32,000 nt of DNA from Synechocystis sp. PCC 6803 substr. PCC-P (GCF_000284455.1 NC_017039.1:1770001-1802000), one strand, 5' to 3'. Shown: positions 10,034-20,444, counted from the stretch's first letter. Numbers and translations: made by a program. Notes: generated from the sequence alone by a model not told the origin.

Positions 10034-10236
10034 GCGCAAAATAGCACAAATTAAGAACTGCCATAGGCCATAGTCTTAGCCCCAGTCTCCGGCCATAGGA
10101 TTAATTTATCTGCTGGTGATTTTCCCTGACTTAATCGTGTTTTCCAACAGGTTTTACCCTGGTTGGTTCCGGTTATCTTCATACTTTTTTAGGGGAACCA
10201 CCGCCGATGTTGTGGATTAATTGGGCCTAGTGCAAG

Positions 10237-11088
10237 ATGGGTTTTCGTCGCTATCAAAGTTTGTTTGCTTGGATTTTAACCGTTGTTCTCACCGCCACTG
10301 TCACCGTTGCCATTGCTTCCCCGGTACGGGCCCAGTCCTGGATGAATTTATTGCTCCAAGGATTACAGGTGATTCAACTTTCCAATCTTTCTGACCAGCA
10401 GGAAGTACGGCTAGGGCAACAGATTAATCAGCAACTTTACCAACAAGGAGAATTTCGTCCCCACGGCGATCGCCAATTGCAAAGTTATATTAACGAAATT
10501 GGTCAACGGTTAGCCCGGGCCAGTAGTCGCCCCAATATCCCCTACACATTCCAGGTGGTAGATGACCGCAGAATTAACGCCTTTGCCACCATGGGGGGCT
10601 TTGTTTATGTGAATACCGGCTTGATTGCCGCCGCCGAAAATGAAGCGGAATTAGCCGGTGTCATTGCCCACGAAATTGCCCACATTGCCGAACGCCATGC
10701 CGTGACAAGAATGAGGGATGTGGGTCTTTCCCAAGGATTAATTTCCGCCGCCGGTATGCGGGAAAATAATATTGTCCAGATGGCTATGCAACTGGGTTTC
10801 AATCTGCCCATGAGTAGGGAAGATGAATTAAGCGCCGATGCCATGGGGCTAAGGAACCTCGTGCGGGCTGGTTATGCCCCCGTAGGCATGGTTAGTTTCA
10901 TGGAAAAATTACAACGGCAGAGTGGTGCCGCTCCAGAGTTTCTTAGCAGTCATCCCCTCACCCAAAATCGCATCACTTCCCTCCAGAGGAGTATCCCGTC
11001 CCAATACCTCTACCAAGGAGACGGATTGGATCCCCAGGCTTATAGCCGACGCATTGGCCGCCAATCCTCTGCCCCCACCCTGCGTTAG
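10237..11088 (+). CDS. M48-family zinc metallopeptidase, exported
   Basis: Signal peptide. HExxH motif in VIAHEIAHIAERHAV, plus the NAFATMGGFVYVNTGLI segment and EDELSADAMGL (third zinc ligand region). Confidence 0.92.
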   Translation: MGFRRYQSLFAWILTVVLTATVTVAIASPVRAQSWMNLLLQGLQVIQLSNLSDQQEVRLGQQINQQLYQQGEFRPHGDRQLQSYINEIGQRLARASSRPNIPYTFQVVDDRRINAFATMGGFVYVNTGLIAAAENEAELAGVIAHEIAHIAERHAVTRMRDVGLSQGLISAAGMRENNIVQMAMQLGFNLPMSREDELSADAMGLRNLVRAGYAPVGMVSFMEKLQRQSGAAPEFLSSHPLTQNRITSLQRSIPSQYLYQGDGLDPQAYSRRIGRQSSAPTLR

Positions 11089-12383
11089 GGTAATTCCTCT
11101 AGTAAAACAGTGAAAGTGACGGTGGACCCCAGTCCTTCCCCCATGCTAAAAAAGGCCACTTTGCCCCCCATGGTTTCCACCAACTTTTGAGAAATTACCA
11201 GCCCTAACCCCGTACCTCCATAGGCTTTGGAATGGGAGCCATCAATTTGCACAAATTTTTTAAATAATTTGGACTGTTGCTCGAGGGAAACTCCAATGCC
11301 CGTATCTCCCACGCTCACTTTTAATAATCCTGGTTTCTGTACACCTTCCCAGAGCACAGTGCGGGGCATTACTTCCACGGCCACTGTAATACCTCCTTCG
11401 TGGGTAAATTTGATGGCGTTGCCGACAATATTGAGCATCACCTGCAGTAACCAACGCTGATTGCCATACACCAGCAGAGGGCCTTGGTTGGGGGCAGTGA
11501 GATTAAAGCTGAGGCCCTTATTTTGGGCCTGGGGCAGGGCAAAATTTTCTGTTGCCTGGAGCACTTCACTAAAGTCCACCACTTCCAATTCAATGCCCAC
11601 TCGACCCGCTTCAATTTTGGCCAGGTCGAGAATATCATTAATTAAATTGAGCAATAACAGGGCAGATTGGTAGGCTTCTTCGACGAATTCGTGTTTTTCC
11701 GCCTCTGAATCCGCCATGTCGTCTAAAATTAGCCGCAGAAAACCAATAATGCCATTTAATGGGGTGCGGAGTTCGTGGGTGGTGCTGGCCAGAAATTCAC
11801 TTTTGAGCCGGGATGCTTCTTCTGCCGCTTTGGTGGCCTGGGTTAGTTCTTGGTAGAGGGTGGCATGGGCGATCGCCGTGCCGGTTTGCTCGGCCAATTC
11901 CTGAAGTAGGGCTTCTGTTTCTGGATGCCAGGGACCAGGGGCCGGACCAACTTGTTGCAAACACAGATAGCCGTTGGCTTGGTCCTGGTAGAGGGTGGGG
12001 AAAATCCACAGTCCCCCCAAATCCTCCCCTTGAAACTGGACATTGTAGAGAGTGATGGGTTGGTGTTGCTCGAATAACTGCCGCCAAATTTCACTTTCCT
12101 CCGGCACAATTAGAGCAGCGAAGGCGGTCACTGTGGGCTGACAGAATTCTGCTTCAATCTGCAGGTGGCGACTTTGGAAATCCTTTGTCAACAGTAGGCA
12201 ACGGCTTACCCCCAAGGTAGAGCCAATACTATCCACTGCCTCTTGCCAAATGGTGGGCAGATGGAGGCTATTGCGTCGGATCCTTTTGGCGATCGCCGTC
12301 AATTGGGAAATAACCGGGGGATGCAGAGGATCCAAAGAAGAAAATCTGAGGGTGGATTCCGTCAAATCGCTCGGCTGTCCCAT
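11085..12383 (-). CDS. GAF-domain sensor histidine kinase
   Basis: H-box TTHELRTPLNGIIGF, N-box NIVGNAIKFTH, G-boxes VGDTGIGV and GGTGLGLVISQKLVE, and an N-terminal GAF-like region. Confidence 0.92.
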   Translation of the reverse strand: MGQPSDLTESTLRFSSLDPLHPPVISQLTAIAKRIRRNSLHLPTIWQEAVDSIGSTLGVSRCLLLTKDFQSRHLQIEAEFCQPTVTAFAALIVPEESEIWRQLFEQHQPITLYNVQFQGEDLGGLWIFPTLYQDQANGYLCLQQVGPAPGPWHPETEALLQELAEQTGTAIAHATLYQELTQATKAAEEASRLKSEFLASTTHELRTPLNGIIGFLRLILDDMADSEAEKHEFVEEAYQSALLLLNLINDILDLAKIEAGRVGIELEVVDFSEVLQATENFALPQAQNKGLSFNLTAPNQGPLLVYGNQRWLLQVMLNIVGNAIKFTHEGGITVAVEVMPRTVLWEGVQKPGLLKVSVGDTGIGVSLEQQSKLFKKFVQIDGSHSKAYGGTGLGLVISQKLVETMGGKVAFFSMGEGLGSTVTFTVLLEELP

Positions 12384-12469
12384 GTCAAAAAGTGGTTAGG
12401 TAATGGAGTCAGCGGAGGAAATAGCATAATCAACCATGGGGTCTATTTCTCCCGTAGGAAGTCAAAAAA

Positions 12470-12700
12470 TTAGTCGTTCCACTCTCCCCGGGGAGGAACA
12501 GGGGGATTGCGGCGTAAATTGCGGGTTAGCTCATCGTCCCGTTGTTTTTCACCCCGTAGCCACTGCTTCACAGCCATTTCAATTACCCGATTTGGCTCAT
12601 TGGTCAAATGCTGAATTTGATCCATTAGATCCGAGTCCAACTGAATGGAAACTTCTATTTTTTCAGAGTCCCGAAGCGAGGCGGTGGTATTGTCATTCAT
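12470..12700 (-). CDS. Small ribbon-helix-helix-like protein
   Basis: 76 aa with KIEVSIQLDSDLMDQIQHLTNEPNRVIEMAVKQWLR, resembling an RHH fold followed by a charged tail. Confidence 0.5.
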   Translation of the reverse strand: MNDNTTASLRDSEKIEVSIQLDSDLMDQIQHLTNEPNRVIEMAVKQWLRGEKQRDDELTRNLRRNPPVPPRGEWND

Positions 12701-12882
12701 GGCGTTAGAAACGAGGTCTTCACCAATTATAGTATCCCATCAGTTTCAGGCCAGGCGGATATAATATATGGAACTTCAGGAAAAGTTACCAATTGGGAAA
12801 GTCCGTCCAGATTGAACAATTTTTGTCAACATCCCCCTTCCTGCCACCTCCAAGTTATCAACGCCAGTTTCATAACTCCACC

Positions 12883-13962
12883 ATGTTAGACGCCGTCATT
12901 ATTCTCCTCTCCATTTTCACCTTTGCAGGGGTCGGCTTCGCCGTGGTGGACCTGTTACCGGATTCCGTACAGATGCAAATTTCCAACATGGAGGCCCTGC
13001 GTTGGCTGGCGGCGGGTTTCATGTCCATTATTGGTCTGGCGATCGGGTTAGTGGCCCAAACCACCTATCGCAGATTGGAAAATCAGATTCGACAAACTCC
13101 CATTGAGACAATTCTTACCAGGGCAGTGGGTTTGGTAATTGGTTTGTTGATTGCTAATCTCATGCTAGCTCCCATCTTTCTACTGCCCATTCCAGGGGAA
13201 TTTTCCTTTATTAAGCCCACCCTGGCAGTGTTTGGCAGTGTGGTTTTTGCTTTTCTTGGTATCAGTTTGGCCGACACCCATGGCCGCACCTTCATGCGCC
13301 TAATTAACCCCAACAGCATTGAAACCATGTTGTTGGCCGAGGGCACCCTCAAGCCCATCCCGCCTAAAGTTGTTGATACCAGTTGCATCATCGACGGTCG
13401 CATTGAGCCCCTATTAGCCACCGGCTTTATTGAAGGGCAGGTATTAGTGCCCCAATTTGTCTTGGCAGAACTGCAACAATTAGCCGATGCCAGCAATGAC
13501 CAAAAACGGGTGCGAGGCCGGAGGGGATTAGATATTCTCGGCAGTATCCAGGCGGATTTTCCCGAAAGCATCGTTATTCATTCCGCTGACTATGACGACA
13601 TTGCCACGGTGGATGCCAAATTAGTCCATTTAGCCCAAGAAATCAATGGCATTTTGCTCACCAATGATTACAACCTCAGCAAAGTTGCCAACTTGCAAAA
13701 AGTCCAAATTCTCAACGTGAACGATTTGGCCCAGGCAGTGCGGCCCATTTACCTACCAGGGGATTCTCTGGAGCTAAAAATCATCAAACAAGGCAAGGAA
13801 GCTTCCCAGGGAGTAGGTTACCTAGAAGATGGCACCATGGTGGTGGTGGAAGAAGGGCGCAACTATGTAGGGTCAGAATTGCAGGTCATTGTCACTTCAG
13901 CTTTGCAAACCTCCGCCGGTCGGATGATTTTTGCCAAACCCCCTTCAGTGCTGGCTTCTTAG
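12883..13962 (+). CDS. Membrane-anchored PIN/TRAM-domain protein (YacL-like)
   Basis: Four N-terminal hydrophobic segments. PIN motif VVDTSCIIDGRI...QFVLAELQQLAD...LLTNDYNL, then a TRAM-like C-terminus. An ATG at 12883 is the likely start. Confidence 0.88.
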   Translation: MLDAVIILLSIFTFAGVGFAVVDLLPDSVQMQISNMEALRWLAAGFMSIIGLAIGLVAQTTYRRLENQIRQTPIETILTRAVGLVIGLLIANLMLAPIFLLPIPGEFSFIKPTLAVFGSVVFAFLGISLADTHGRTFMRLINPNSIETMLLAEGTLKPIPPKVVDTSCIIDGRIEPLLATGFIEGQVLVPQFVLAELQQLADASNDQKRVRGRRGLDILGSIQADFPESIVIHSADYDDIATVDAKLVHLAQEINGILLTNDYNLSKVANLQKVQILNVNDLAQAVRPIYLPGDSLELKIIKQGKEASQGVGYLEDGTMVVVEEGRNYVGSELQVIVTSALQTSAGRMIFAKPPSVLAS

Positions 13963-14021
13963 GTCAAAATTGGCAGTTTTTCAGAAACGGCAAAACGATT
14001 TCCCATCAGATCCGCTTTTCC

Positions 14022-14588
14022 CTAGGGAGCATCCTGCCATTCTGGAGACAACGTAATAAAGTCAAAAACTTCTGCCCCGGGGTGACAGGTGATACAGGTC
14101 TTACTTGTGACTTCCTCCGGCATAGGGGCCCGTGGATGTAGAGCTTTGAAAAAGCGTGATTTTTCCGCATAGAGGGGGACTGGGTTATTTGGAGGCAGTG
14201 GTCGAGAAAACGTACTCACATAATCCCAAATCAGCAATTGGGTCAGGCGATTAATGTTAGGAATGCTGACCCCATAATGGACATCCGGACGACGCAAAAT
14301 CTCCTGCCAGGAATCCAGGGGTAAGACTTCCGGTGGCAGGGCAATGTGACAGCCAGTACAGGTTTCGATGTAGGACTCGAAACCAGGAAGGTAACGGGTA
14401 GGAATCGGATCGACGGAACGGGGATTATCAGGGATAACTGGGGGCAAATTCTGGGGAATGCTTGCCTGGGCCATTAGATCATTGGCTGGTTGACCATGGG
14501 GAGCCCACGTCTGGGCCATAGCCCAACCACCACCAAGGGAAAGGAAAACGATAACTAATCCTGTCAGCACCACTGGCCAAATTCGCAT
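14022..14588 (-). CDS. Exported diheme c-type cytochrome
   Basis: Signal peptide and two CxxCH heme motifs (CTGCH, CITCH). LPPEVLPLDSWQEIL resembles the DHC-type diheme cytochrome family. Confidence 0.8.
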   Translation of the reverse strand: MRIWPVVLTGLVIVFLSLGGGWAMAQTWAPHGQPANDLMAQASIPQNLPPVIPDNPRSVDPIPTRYLPGFESYIETCTGCHIALPPEVLPLDSWQEILRRPDVHYGVSIPNINRLTQLLIWDYVSTFSRPLPPNNPVPLYAEKSRFFKALHPRAPMPEEVTSKTCITCHPGAEVFDFITLSPEWQDAP

Positions 14589-14862
14589 GGTTGTTTCCGA
14601 TTACGCCAATCCGTCAATTAAGATCATTTGTCTGGTGACATGACCTGAAGACCCCACAATTTTAGCAGTCCCTACCGGCACATCGGTTTTTCCGCTCTGT
14701 CCCGAACCCGCAATTCATGGCCGTGCTTTTTGGGAATCCATCAAAGCATAGGGCGCCATGACCAATGGTATTGGGGAAAGCCGCCATAAAGCTTAAATTC
14801 CCCCATCATCGAAAACTCAAACTCAACATTTGTGTCCCTGATGGAAAAAAGAAAGAGATTGG

Positions 14863-17400
14863 CTATTTACTAGAGCCCTGGCCAAAGCGCCACTGGATAC
14901 CGGCAGAGAAACGGGTGCCAGGCTCCGCTATCAATTCTCCTAAATCAAGCTGACTGGTGGCATTGGTGCCCATTAAATCGATCGCCAAGTTTTCCAGGGG
15001 GAATAGTCTTAAACCAGCAGACCATACTAGTCTTTCCCCGGTGACGATGGGGGTAATTTCAGCAATCAATTGTATGACAGGGGAAATTTGATAATTTGCC
15101 CCCAATCCCAATCCCACAGGAGTTTTGCCACCGGTTATTGCAGCCTTGGGAGAAAAGAGCAAAGCTAATTGATTATTGACTTCATACATAAAAGGAAATT
15201 CAAGCATAAAATATCCCTGTTCTTCTTCACTAATATCGCGACCACCAGTTAAACGGCCACTAATTGACAGGGGATCGCCATCGGCTTGGTTTAAAAATGC
15301 AAGCTTGCCCCCTAGGCGCCATTGGGTAGCGGTTCCCTGGGATGAGTCTATGACCGACTTGGTATCAAAACCGCCAATGTAGGAGAGCAGTAACTCCATT
15401 TGGAAATTTTGCAAGACGCTATAAAAGATCCCGCCGCCGATACTGCCCCCGGTATCCGCTGTAAACCTTACGCCGAAATCATCGGTGGGAAAAACATAGG
15501 GAGTAGTTAGCGTAAACCAGTCAAACAATAATCTTTTTTGCCGGTCGTTATAGTCAACATGATAAATTTCTTTGGCAAGGGGAGCTATCTTAAACTGGGC
15601 TCCCAATAGAATTTCATTGGCGGCGGTGGGCAAAGTTAAGATGCCAGTGGCCGGGGTGCCCCCAAAGGAGTTAGTTAAGCTCAACTCAAAACCGACGGCT
15701 TTACTAAAGGCGTAATTAGCGCCGACAGACCAAATGGGGGTTTTGGATATTTCCCTAGATGTGTTGATAGAATTACCGCCGGATAAGGGAACTACGGTAT
15801 TGCCAAAAAGGGAAAGTTGCTCGGAAACGCGCCAATTTGCTCCCAATCCGACGCTAAAGACCGTGCCGTAAAAGGGAATGCTATTGAGACTATCAGAAAA
15901 AATATTAACTGCCGGCGTAAAAGTAACCTGAAACTGTTCGCTCAAGTTATAGGAAATGGGGAGTTGTACAGTTCCCGCAACAGTTCTACTCAAGGTGGGG
16001 GAATTAGCATTATTAAATAGTCCAGGACCACTGTAAATTTGGAATTGTTCAATGGAGCCTAAAACGCTGATACCCCAATTTTCATCGCTGTAAATGTTGT
16101 ATTTTAAGTTAGGACCAGTTGATTGATATAACTGCTCGATAAAAGCTCCATTAACGGCATTGTAGGTGGGGTCGTCGTTGTACATGAAAGACCAGCCTAT
16201 TTGGAGGTCGTTAGTGAGTCCCCAATCAGCGTAGATAAAATAGGTTTGATTGCCCATGCCTGGCCCACCAAAGGTTTGGGTTTGGCCAAACGCGCCCAAT
16301 ACCTGTCCTTGCAAAAGCTGGTTAGCGGTGGGCAGGTTTAATATTCTTAAGGGTTGACGCAATAAAGGTGTGGTAATTTCAGATTCTTCTGGGGGAGATT
16401 CTTCTACCACTTCCTCTTGGACAAATTCAACAGTATCCAGAGTTTCGGTTTCTGTGACTTCGACTTCTGTTACTTCTATTTGATCAGTTTGAACTACTGC
16501 CAATTTTTCTTGATTACTATCATTTTCTCTCTGGGTTTCTAGAACGTTTACAGTACTTTCTTCGGAAGAAATTGTTGGCTCAATGGGGCCAGTAATAATG
16601 TCGAGGCCATTGGTTTGGTTAAGGTCAGAAGATTCTTCTGTAATCCCATTCTGGGCAGATTCAGTAGTGGTTGTCTCCACACTTGTTTCTTCTACCCTTG
16701 CTCCGTCGATCGCCGTTGTTTGGGAAAGTATCAAAGTTTCTTCAGGAGATAATTCCCCCTGACTGACCTCATCCTTAATTTCTAAGGTTTCCGCTGTGTT
16801 GGCGATCGCCGTGGGAGCTAGGAGTAAACCTTGGTTATGGGAGCGGACAGTCCAACTTTGTTCCTGGGCATTAAGACTAACTTCCACCACACCCCGGTCT
16901 AATTGTTTAATTCTGAGGCGACGTTTCATCAGAGTGCCATCGGGGCCAGCATTATCTTGATTAATGGGGATGGAATCGGCTAATTTCACCCCTTCTACCA
17001 CCAGAGCTAAACGATTGGTGCGGGAATCTAGGGTCAACTCAGCGGCGGTTTGTTGCCCGTTAATGTGCAAAATTACGTTATCAACGGTGAGGGTAACGGC
17101 TTGGAGAACGGCAAAATTATCCTCCTCTGCTTCGACCATTAAAATGGAACGACCACCGGATCGACTGGGGCGTTGGCTAACTAGGGTTGCAGGGGAAAAG
17201 GAAATAGTAGAACTGTAATCATTGTTTTGAGTGAAGACAGGGGAAATTTTTTGATTGGGAAATGGGGGATCAGCCAAAGCCGACGGAGAACTGATACCAT
17301 GGTGATCCGTGTTACTGCTCCAGGCCCCAAGCACTAACCATGCTCCTAGAAGACCAAGCATCTGGGCCGGCTTTTTGAAAGTCATGCGGTTGTTCCTCAC
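14863..17400 (-). CDS. Exported AMIN-domain protein with Glu/Thr-rich linker and outer-membrane beta-barrel C-terminus
   Basis: Signal peptide; AMIN-like LTVDNVILHINGQQTAAELTLDSRTNRLALVVEGV. A roughly 150-aa acidic linker precedes repeated amphipathic beta strands ending in FSAGIQWRFG. A possible internal start lies at 17385. Confidence 0.75.
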   Translation of the reverse strand: MRNNRMTFKKPAQMLGLLGAWLVLGAWSSNTDHHGISSPSALADPPFPNQKISPVFTQNNDYSSTISFSPATLVSQRPSRSGGRSILMVEAEEDNFAVLQAVTLTVDNVILHINGQQTAAELTLDSRTNRLALVVEGVKLADSIPINQDNAGPDGTLMKRRLRIKQLDRGVVEVSLNAQEQSWTVRSHNQGLLLAPTAIANTAETLEIKDEVSQGELSPEETLILSQTTAIDGARVEETSVETTTTESAQNGITEESSDLNQTNGLDIITGPIEPTISSEESTVNVLETQRENDSNQEKLAVVQTDQIEVTEVEVTETETLDTVEFVQEEVVEESPPEESEITTPLLRQPLRILNLPTANQLLQGQVLGAFGQTQTFGGPGMGNQTYFIYADWGLTNDLQIGWSFMYNDDPTYNAVNGAFIEQLYQSTGPNLKYNIYSDENWGISVLGSIEQFQIYSGPGLFNNANSPTLSRTVAGTVQLPISYNLSEQFQVTFTPAVNIFSDSLNSIPFYGTVFSVGLGANWRVSEQLSLFGNTVVPLSGGNSINTSREISKTPIWSVGANYAFSKAVGFELSLTNSFGGTPATGILTLPTAANEILLGAQFKIAPLAKEIYHVDYNDRQKRLLFDWFTLTTPYVFPTDDFGVRFTADTGGSIGGGIFYSVLQNFQMELLLSYIGGFDTKSVIDSSQGTATQWRLGGKLAFLNQADGDPLSISGRLTGGRDISEEEQGYFMLEFPFMYEVNNQLALLFSPKAAITGGKTPVGLGLGANYQISPVIQLIAEITPIVTGERLVWSAGLRLFPLENLAIDLMGTNATSQLDLGELIAEPGTRFSAGIQWRFGQGSSK

Positions 17401-17577
17401 TCAAAACTCACACCAATTAGAAGACATAATATCCCTATTCTTTCAAATACGCATTAACTTTAATTTAAGTTCGGAATACTTAATTTTCCCCTTTTCTCTA
17501 AACTTATTCAACGGCGATCACCACAAAGCCACGGATTTCTCTTCACTTATTCTCAATTTTTTGCCTTTAAATTTTTT

Positions 17578-18936
17578 ATGTCCCTTCCCATCGTCGCCAT
17601 TATCGGCCGCCCCAATGTGGGTAAATCCACCTTCGTTAATCGTTTAGCCGGCAACCAACAAGCCATTGTCCATGATCAACCCGGCATCACGAGGGACCGT
17701 ACCTATCGTCCAGCTTTTTGGCGAGACCGAGACTTCCAAGTGGTGGATACGGGGGGGTTAGTGTTCAACGATGACAGCGAATTTTTACCCGAAATTCGAG
17801 AACAGGCTAACCTAGCTCTAGCGGAAGCGAAGGCAGCTATTTTTGTGGTAGACGGCCAACAGGGGCCCACTGCCAGCGATGAAGAGATTGCCCAATGGCT
17901 CCGGCAACAATCCGTTCCGGTCATTTTGGCGGTGAATAAGTGTGAATCCCCCGACCAAGGTGCTATCCAGGCGGCGGAATTTTGGCATTTGGGGCTGGGG
18001 GAACCCTATCCCATGTCGGCCATCCACGGCAGTGGTACGGGCGATTTACTTGATGCCCTGTTGGAATATTTGCCCGCCCCCCAAGAGGAGCCGGAAGAAG
18101 ATGAGATCAAAGTGGCGATCGTTGGTCGTCCCAATGTGGGTAAATCCAGCTTGCTCAACGCATTAACCGGGGAACAACGGGCTATTGTCAGCCCCATTTC
18201 CGGCACTACTAGGGATGCCATCGATATGGTGGTGGAGCGCAACGGGCAGAAATATCGCTTAATTGATACGGCAGGCATTCGGCGGAAAAAGAATGTGGAC
18301 TATGGCGCCGAATTTTTTGGCATTAACCGGGCTTTTAAGGCCATTCGCCGGGCCGATGTGGTGTTATTTGTACTAGATGTTTTGGATGGGGTAACGGAGC
18401 AGGATTTGAAATTGGCGGGGCGCATCATTGAAGATGGCCGAGCAGTGGTGCTGGTGATAAATAAATGGGATGCGGTGGAAAAAGATTCCTACACCATCTA
18501 CGAGCACAGGGAACAGTTAATGGCTAGGCTTTATTTTATGGATTGGGCCGAAATGATTTTTGTCAGTGCCCAAACCGGCCTAAGGGTGCAAAAAATCCTT
18601 GATTGTGTGGATATTGCCGCCCAGGAACATCGCCGTCGGGTCACCACCGCTGTAATCAATGAAGTGTTGGAAGAAGCCGTTAGTTGGCATTCTCCCCCCA
18701 CCACTCGCCAAGGTAAACAGGGCAAAATTTATTACGGAACCCAGGTTTCGACCCAACCACCGGCGATCGCCTTATTTGTTAATGATCCCAACCGGTTTAA
18801 CGATAATTACCGCCGTTACATTGAAAAGCAATTCCGTAAACAACTGGGCTTTTTTGGCTCCCCCATTCGATTATTCTGGCGGGGTAAAAAAGTGAGGGAA
18901 ATGGAGGGTAGTCGCAACCGGGCTACCAAAGTCTAA
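17578..18936 (+). CDS. der: Ribosome-associated GTPase Der (EngA)
   Basis: Tandem G domains: [14 protein letters not shown]...DTGGL...NKCE and [14 protein letters not shown]...DTAGIRRKK...NKWD, with a C-terminal KH-like domain; 452 aa. Confidence 0.98.
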   Translation: MSLPIVAIIGRPNVGKSTFVNRLAGNQQAIVHDQPGITRDRTYRPAFWRDRDFQVVDTGGLVFNDDSEFLPEIREQANLALAEAKAAIFVVDGQQGPTASDEEIAQWLRQQSVPVILAVNKCESPDQGAIQAAEFWHLGLGEPYPMSAIHGSGTGDLLDALLEYLPAPQEEPEEDEIKVAIVGRPNVGKSSLLNALTGEQRAIVSPISGTTRDAIDMVVERNGQKYRLIDTAGIRRKKNVDYGAEFFGINRAFKAIRRADVVLFVLDVLDGVTEQDLKLAGRIIEDGRAVVLVINKWDAVEKDSYTIYEHREQLMARLYFMDWAEMIFVSAQTGLRVQKILDCVDIAAQEHRRRVTTAVINEVLEEAVSWHSPPTTRQGKQGKIYYGTQVSTQPPAIALFVNDPNRFNDNYRRYIEKQFRKQLGFFGSPIRLFWRGKKVREMEGSRNRATKV

Positions 18937-19005
18937 AACTTAAAACAGTTGACAATTTACAGGGATACCTAACAATTGTCATTGTTGGATCACAGGAATC
19001 TTTAA

Positions 19006-19129
19006 GAGCGTGTTTGGAAAGTTTTATTCCGCCCCCTAAATTTCCTCACTGAAGCTCCGACAATACTGGGGGACTTTCACTCAGTTTTCCCTTAAATTTG
19101 GGGGGTCGGGGGGCTTTTAAAACACTCTC
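19006..19129. mobile_element. MITE-like element, 124 bp
   Basis: Imperfect 16-bp terminal inverted repeats: GAGCGTGTTTGGAAAG (19006-19021) and CTTTTAAAACACTCTC (19114-19129), 13/16 matching. Flanked by TAA duplications at 19003-19005 and 19130-19132. No coding content. Confidence 0.6.
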
Positions 19130-19262
19130 TAATGTCACCGAAGAAAGTATTGACAAAATTAGGTATTGTCCCCAATTAGTCCTCTAAAGCTCTGATCATA
19201 CTGGGGGAATTGTGTGCAACTTTTCGCCAACCGCTGCCAGTTCCCAGAGGATAACTGGGGTA

Positions 19263-20381
19263 CTAAGCTCCACCATTATCTTGATTTTGCCACGTACTAC
19301 GCCAGGCTAATTCTGCCTTGGCCGTCACCTGCTGCCGCTCTAACTGACGATATTGTTTTTCCAGTTTATTTAAATCCTTGAGATAGGTGTGAATTTGTTT
19401 GCGAATTAATCCCAGATTAACGTCAGCAAATTCCAGATCCTTGAGCCGCAAATTCAGGGCTGTCAAACGACTAATTTGTCCCCGTTTTGACCGGTGAATC
19501 AATTCCTCTAGGGCCTCTGGAGAAAGATCTTCATCGTCATCATCATCGTTTTCCGTATCATCCTCCCCTTGGTCAGTAGGCGGTGGGGAGACATTGTCCG
19601 ACTCGGGTTTTTGAGCTTTTTCGATCAATAAATTGACCACGTGGGGCATTTTTTCTCGGTTGGGGGCTAGCCGGTCATCCTCCGACTGTAGGGCCATTTC
19701 TAGAATATGGAGGGGCAGATTGGGAGGAATAATTTTACTAGCAGTGAGCAAACGGTTAATGTTCATCGACAGGGCTACCACACTACGGTGCAGGACTTTT
19801 TCCACCTGTAAATGCCATTTTTGTAAATCCTCAGGAGTTTTAATCACGGTCGGTACTTTGGCTTCCGTAGACCCCATCCCCTGGGGCAATAGCATTTCTA
19901 GGGATAGGCCTTCTTTCTGTAGGGCTTGACTGAGAAAGTCTTTGATTTCCTGTAAGTCCGGAATATTGCTATCTTCGGGTTTTTCCTCCTCTGGAACCTC
20001 TCCATCGCTCCCCAATAGGATCAATTCTTCCGTTTCCTCTGGGGTGTTCTCTGGTTCCTCCACAATCTGTTCCTGGCGGGAAGAGTCCAGAAAAATTCCT
20101 TCTTTTTCCAAGTTTGCTAGCAGTTGCTCATAAAATTTGGCGATCGCCGTGCGTAATTGGGTCTGAAATTTATGACGGGGATTGTAATCTAGCTGGAGAA
20201 AAGCATCGGGATAAATTTGGGTACAAATCTGATAGACGGCATAGACCCCCTGCTGTTGGAGAATCTGTCCCAGACGCTGGGCATACTGGTCATAGGTGGC
20301 GGCAAAGTGATGCCCCAGAATGGCCGTTTGATTTTCGATCTGAGTTAACTGCTCACGGATTTTAGGGATGGAACGGGTCAT
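19263..20381 (-). CDS. Conserved-looking hypothetical protein with acidic low-complexity segments
   Basis: Long ORF with no better antisense ORF; start at MTRSIPKIREQL. Contains acidic stretches (EEPENTPEETEE, EDDTENDDDDDED) and helical or charged ends. Confidence 0.7.
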   Translation of the reverse strand: MTRSIPKIREQLTQIENQTAILGHHFAATYDQYAQRLGQILQQQGVYAVYQICTQIYPDAFLQLDYNPRHKFQTQLRTAIAKFYEQLLANLEKEGIFLDSSRQEQIVEEPENTPEETEELILLGSDGEVPEEEKPEDSNIPDLQEIKDFLSQALQKEGLSLEMLLPQGMGSTEAKVPTVIKTPEDLQKWHLQVEKVLHRSVVALSMNINRLLTASKIIPPNLPLHILEMALQSEDDRLAPNREKMPHVVNLLIEKAQKPESDNVSPPPTDQGEDDTENDDDDDEDLSPEALEELIHRSKRGQISRLTALNLRLKDLEFADVNLGLIRKQIHTYLKDLNKLEKQYRQLERQQVTAKAELAWRSTWQNQDNGGA

Positions 20382-20444
20382 GGGCACTAGTCTAACAACA
20401 GGGCGAGGCAATAGGACTAGATTTTATCCCAGCGACCCAACAGA

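Noticed and set aside
11797-12109. Several ORFs overlapping the second histidine kinase on both strands
   Set aside because: The kinase frame is continuous and conserved; the others are shadow ORFs.
13083-13571. 162-aa - strand ORF antisense to the PIN/TRAM gene
   Set aside because: Long but composition-driven; the sense frame has clear PIN motifs.
14765-14953. 62-aa + strand ORF between the cytochrome and AMIN genes
   Set aside because: Overlaps the AMIN gene end and has no recognisable features.
18006-18278. 90-aa - strand ORF inside der
   Set aside because: Antisense shadow of the second Der G domain.
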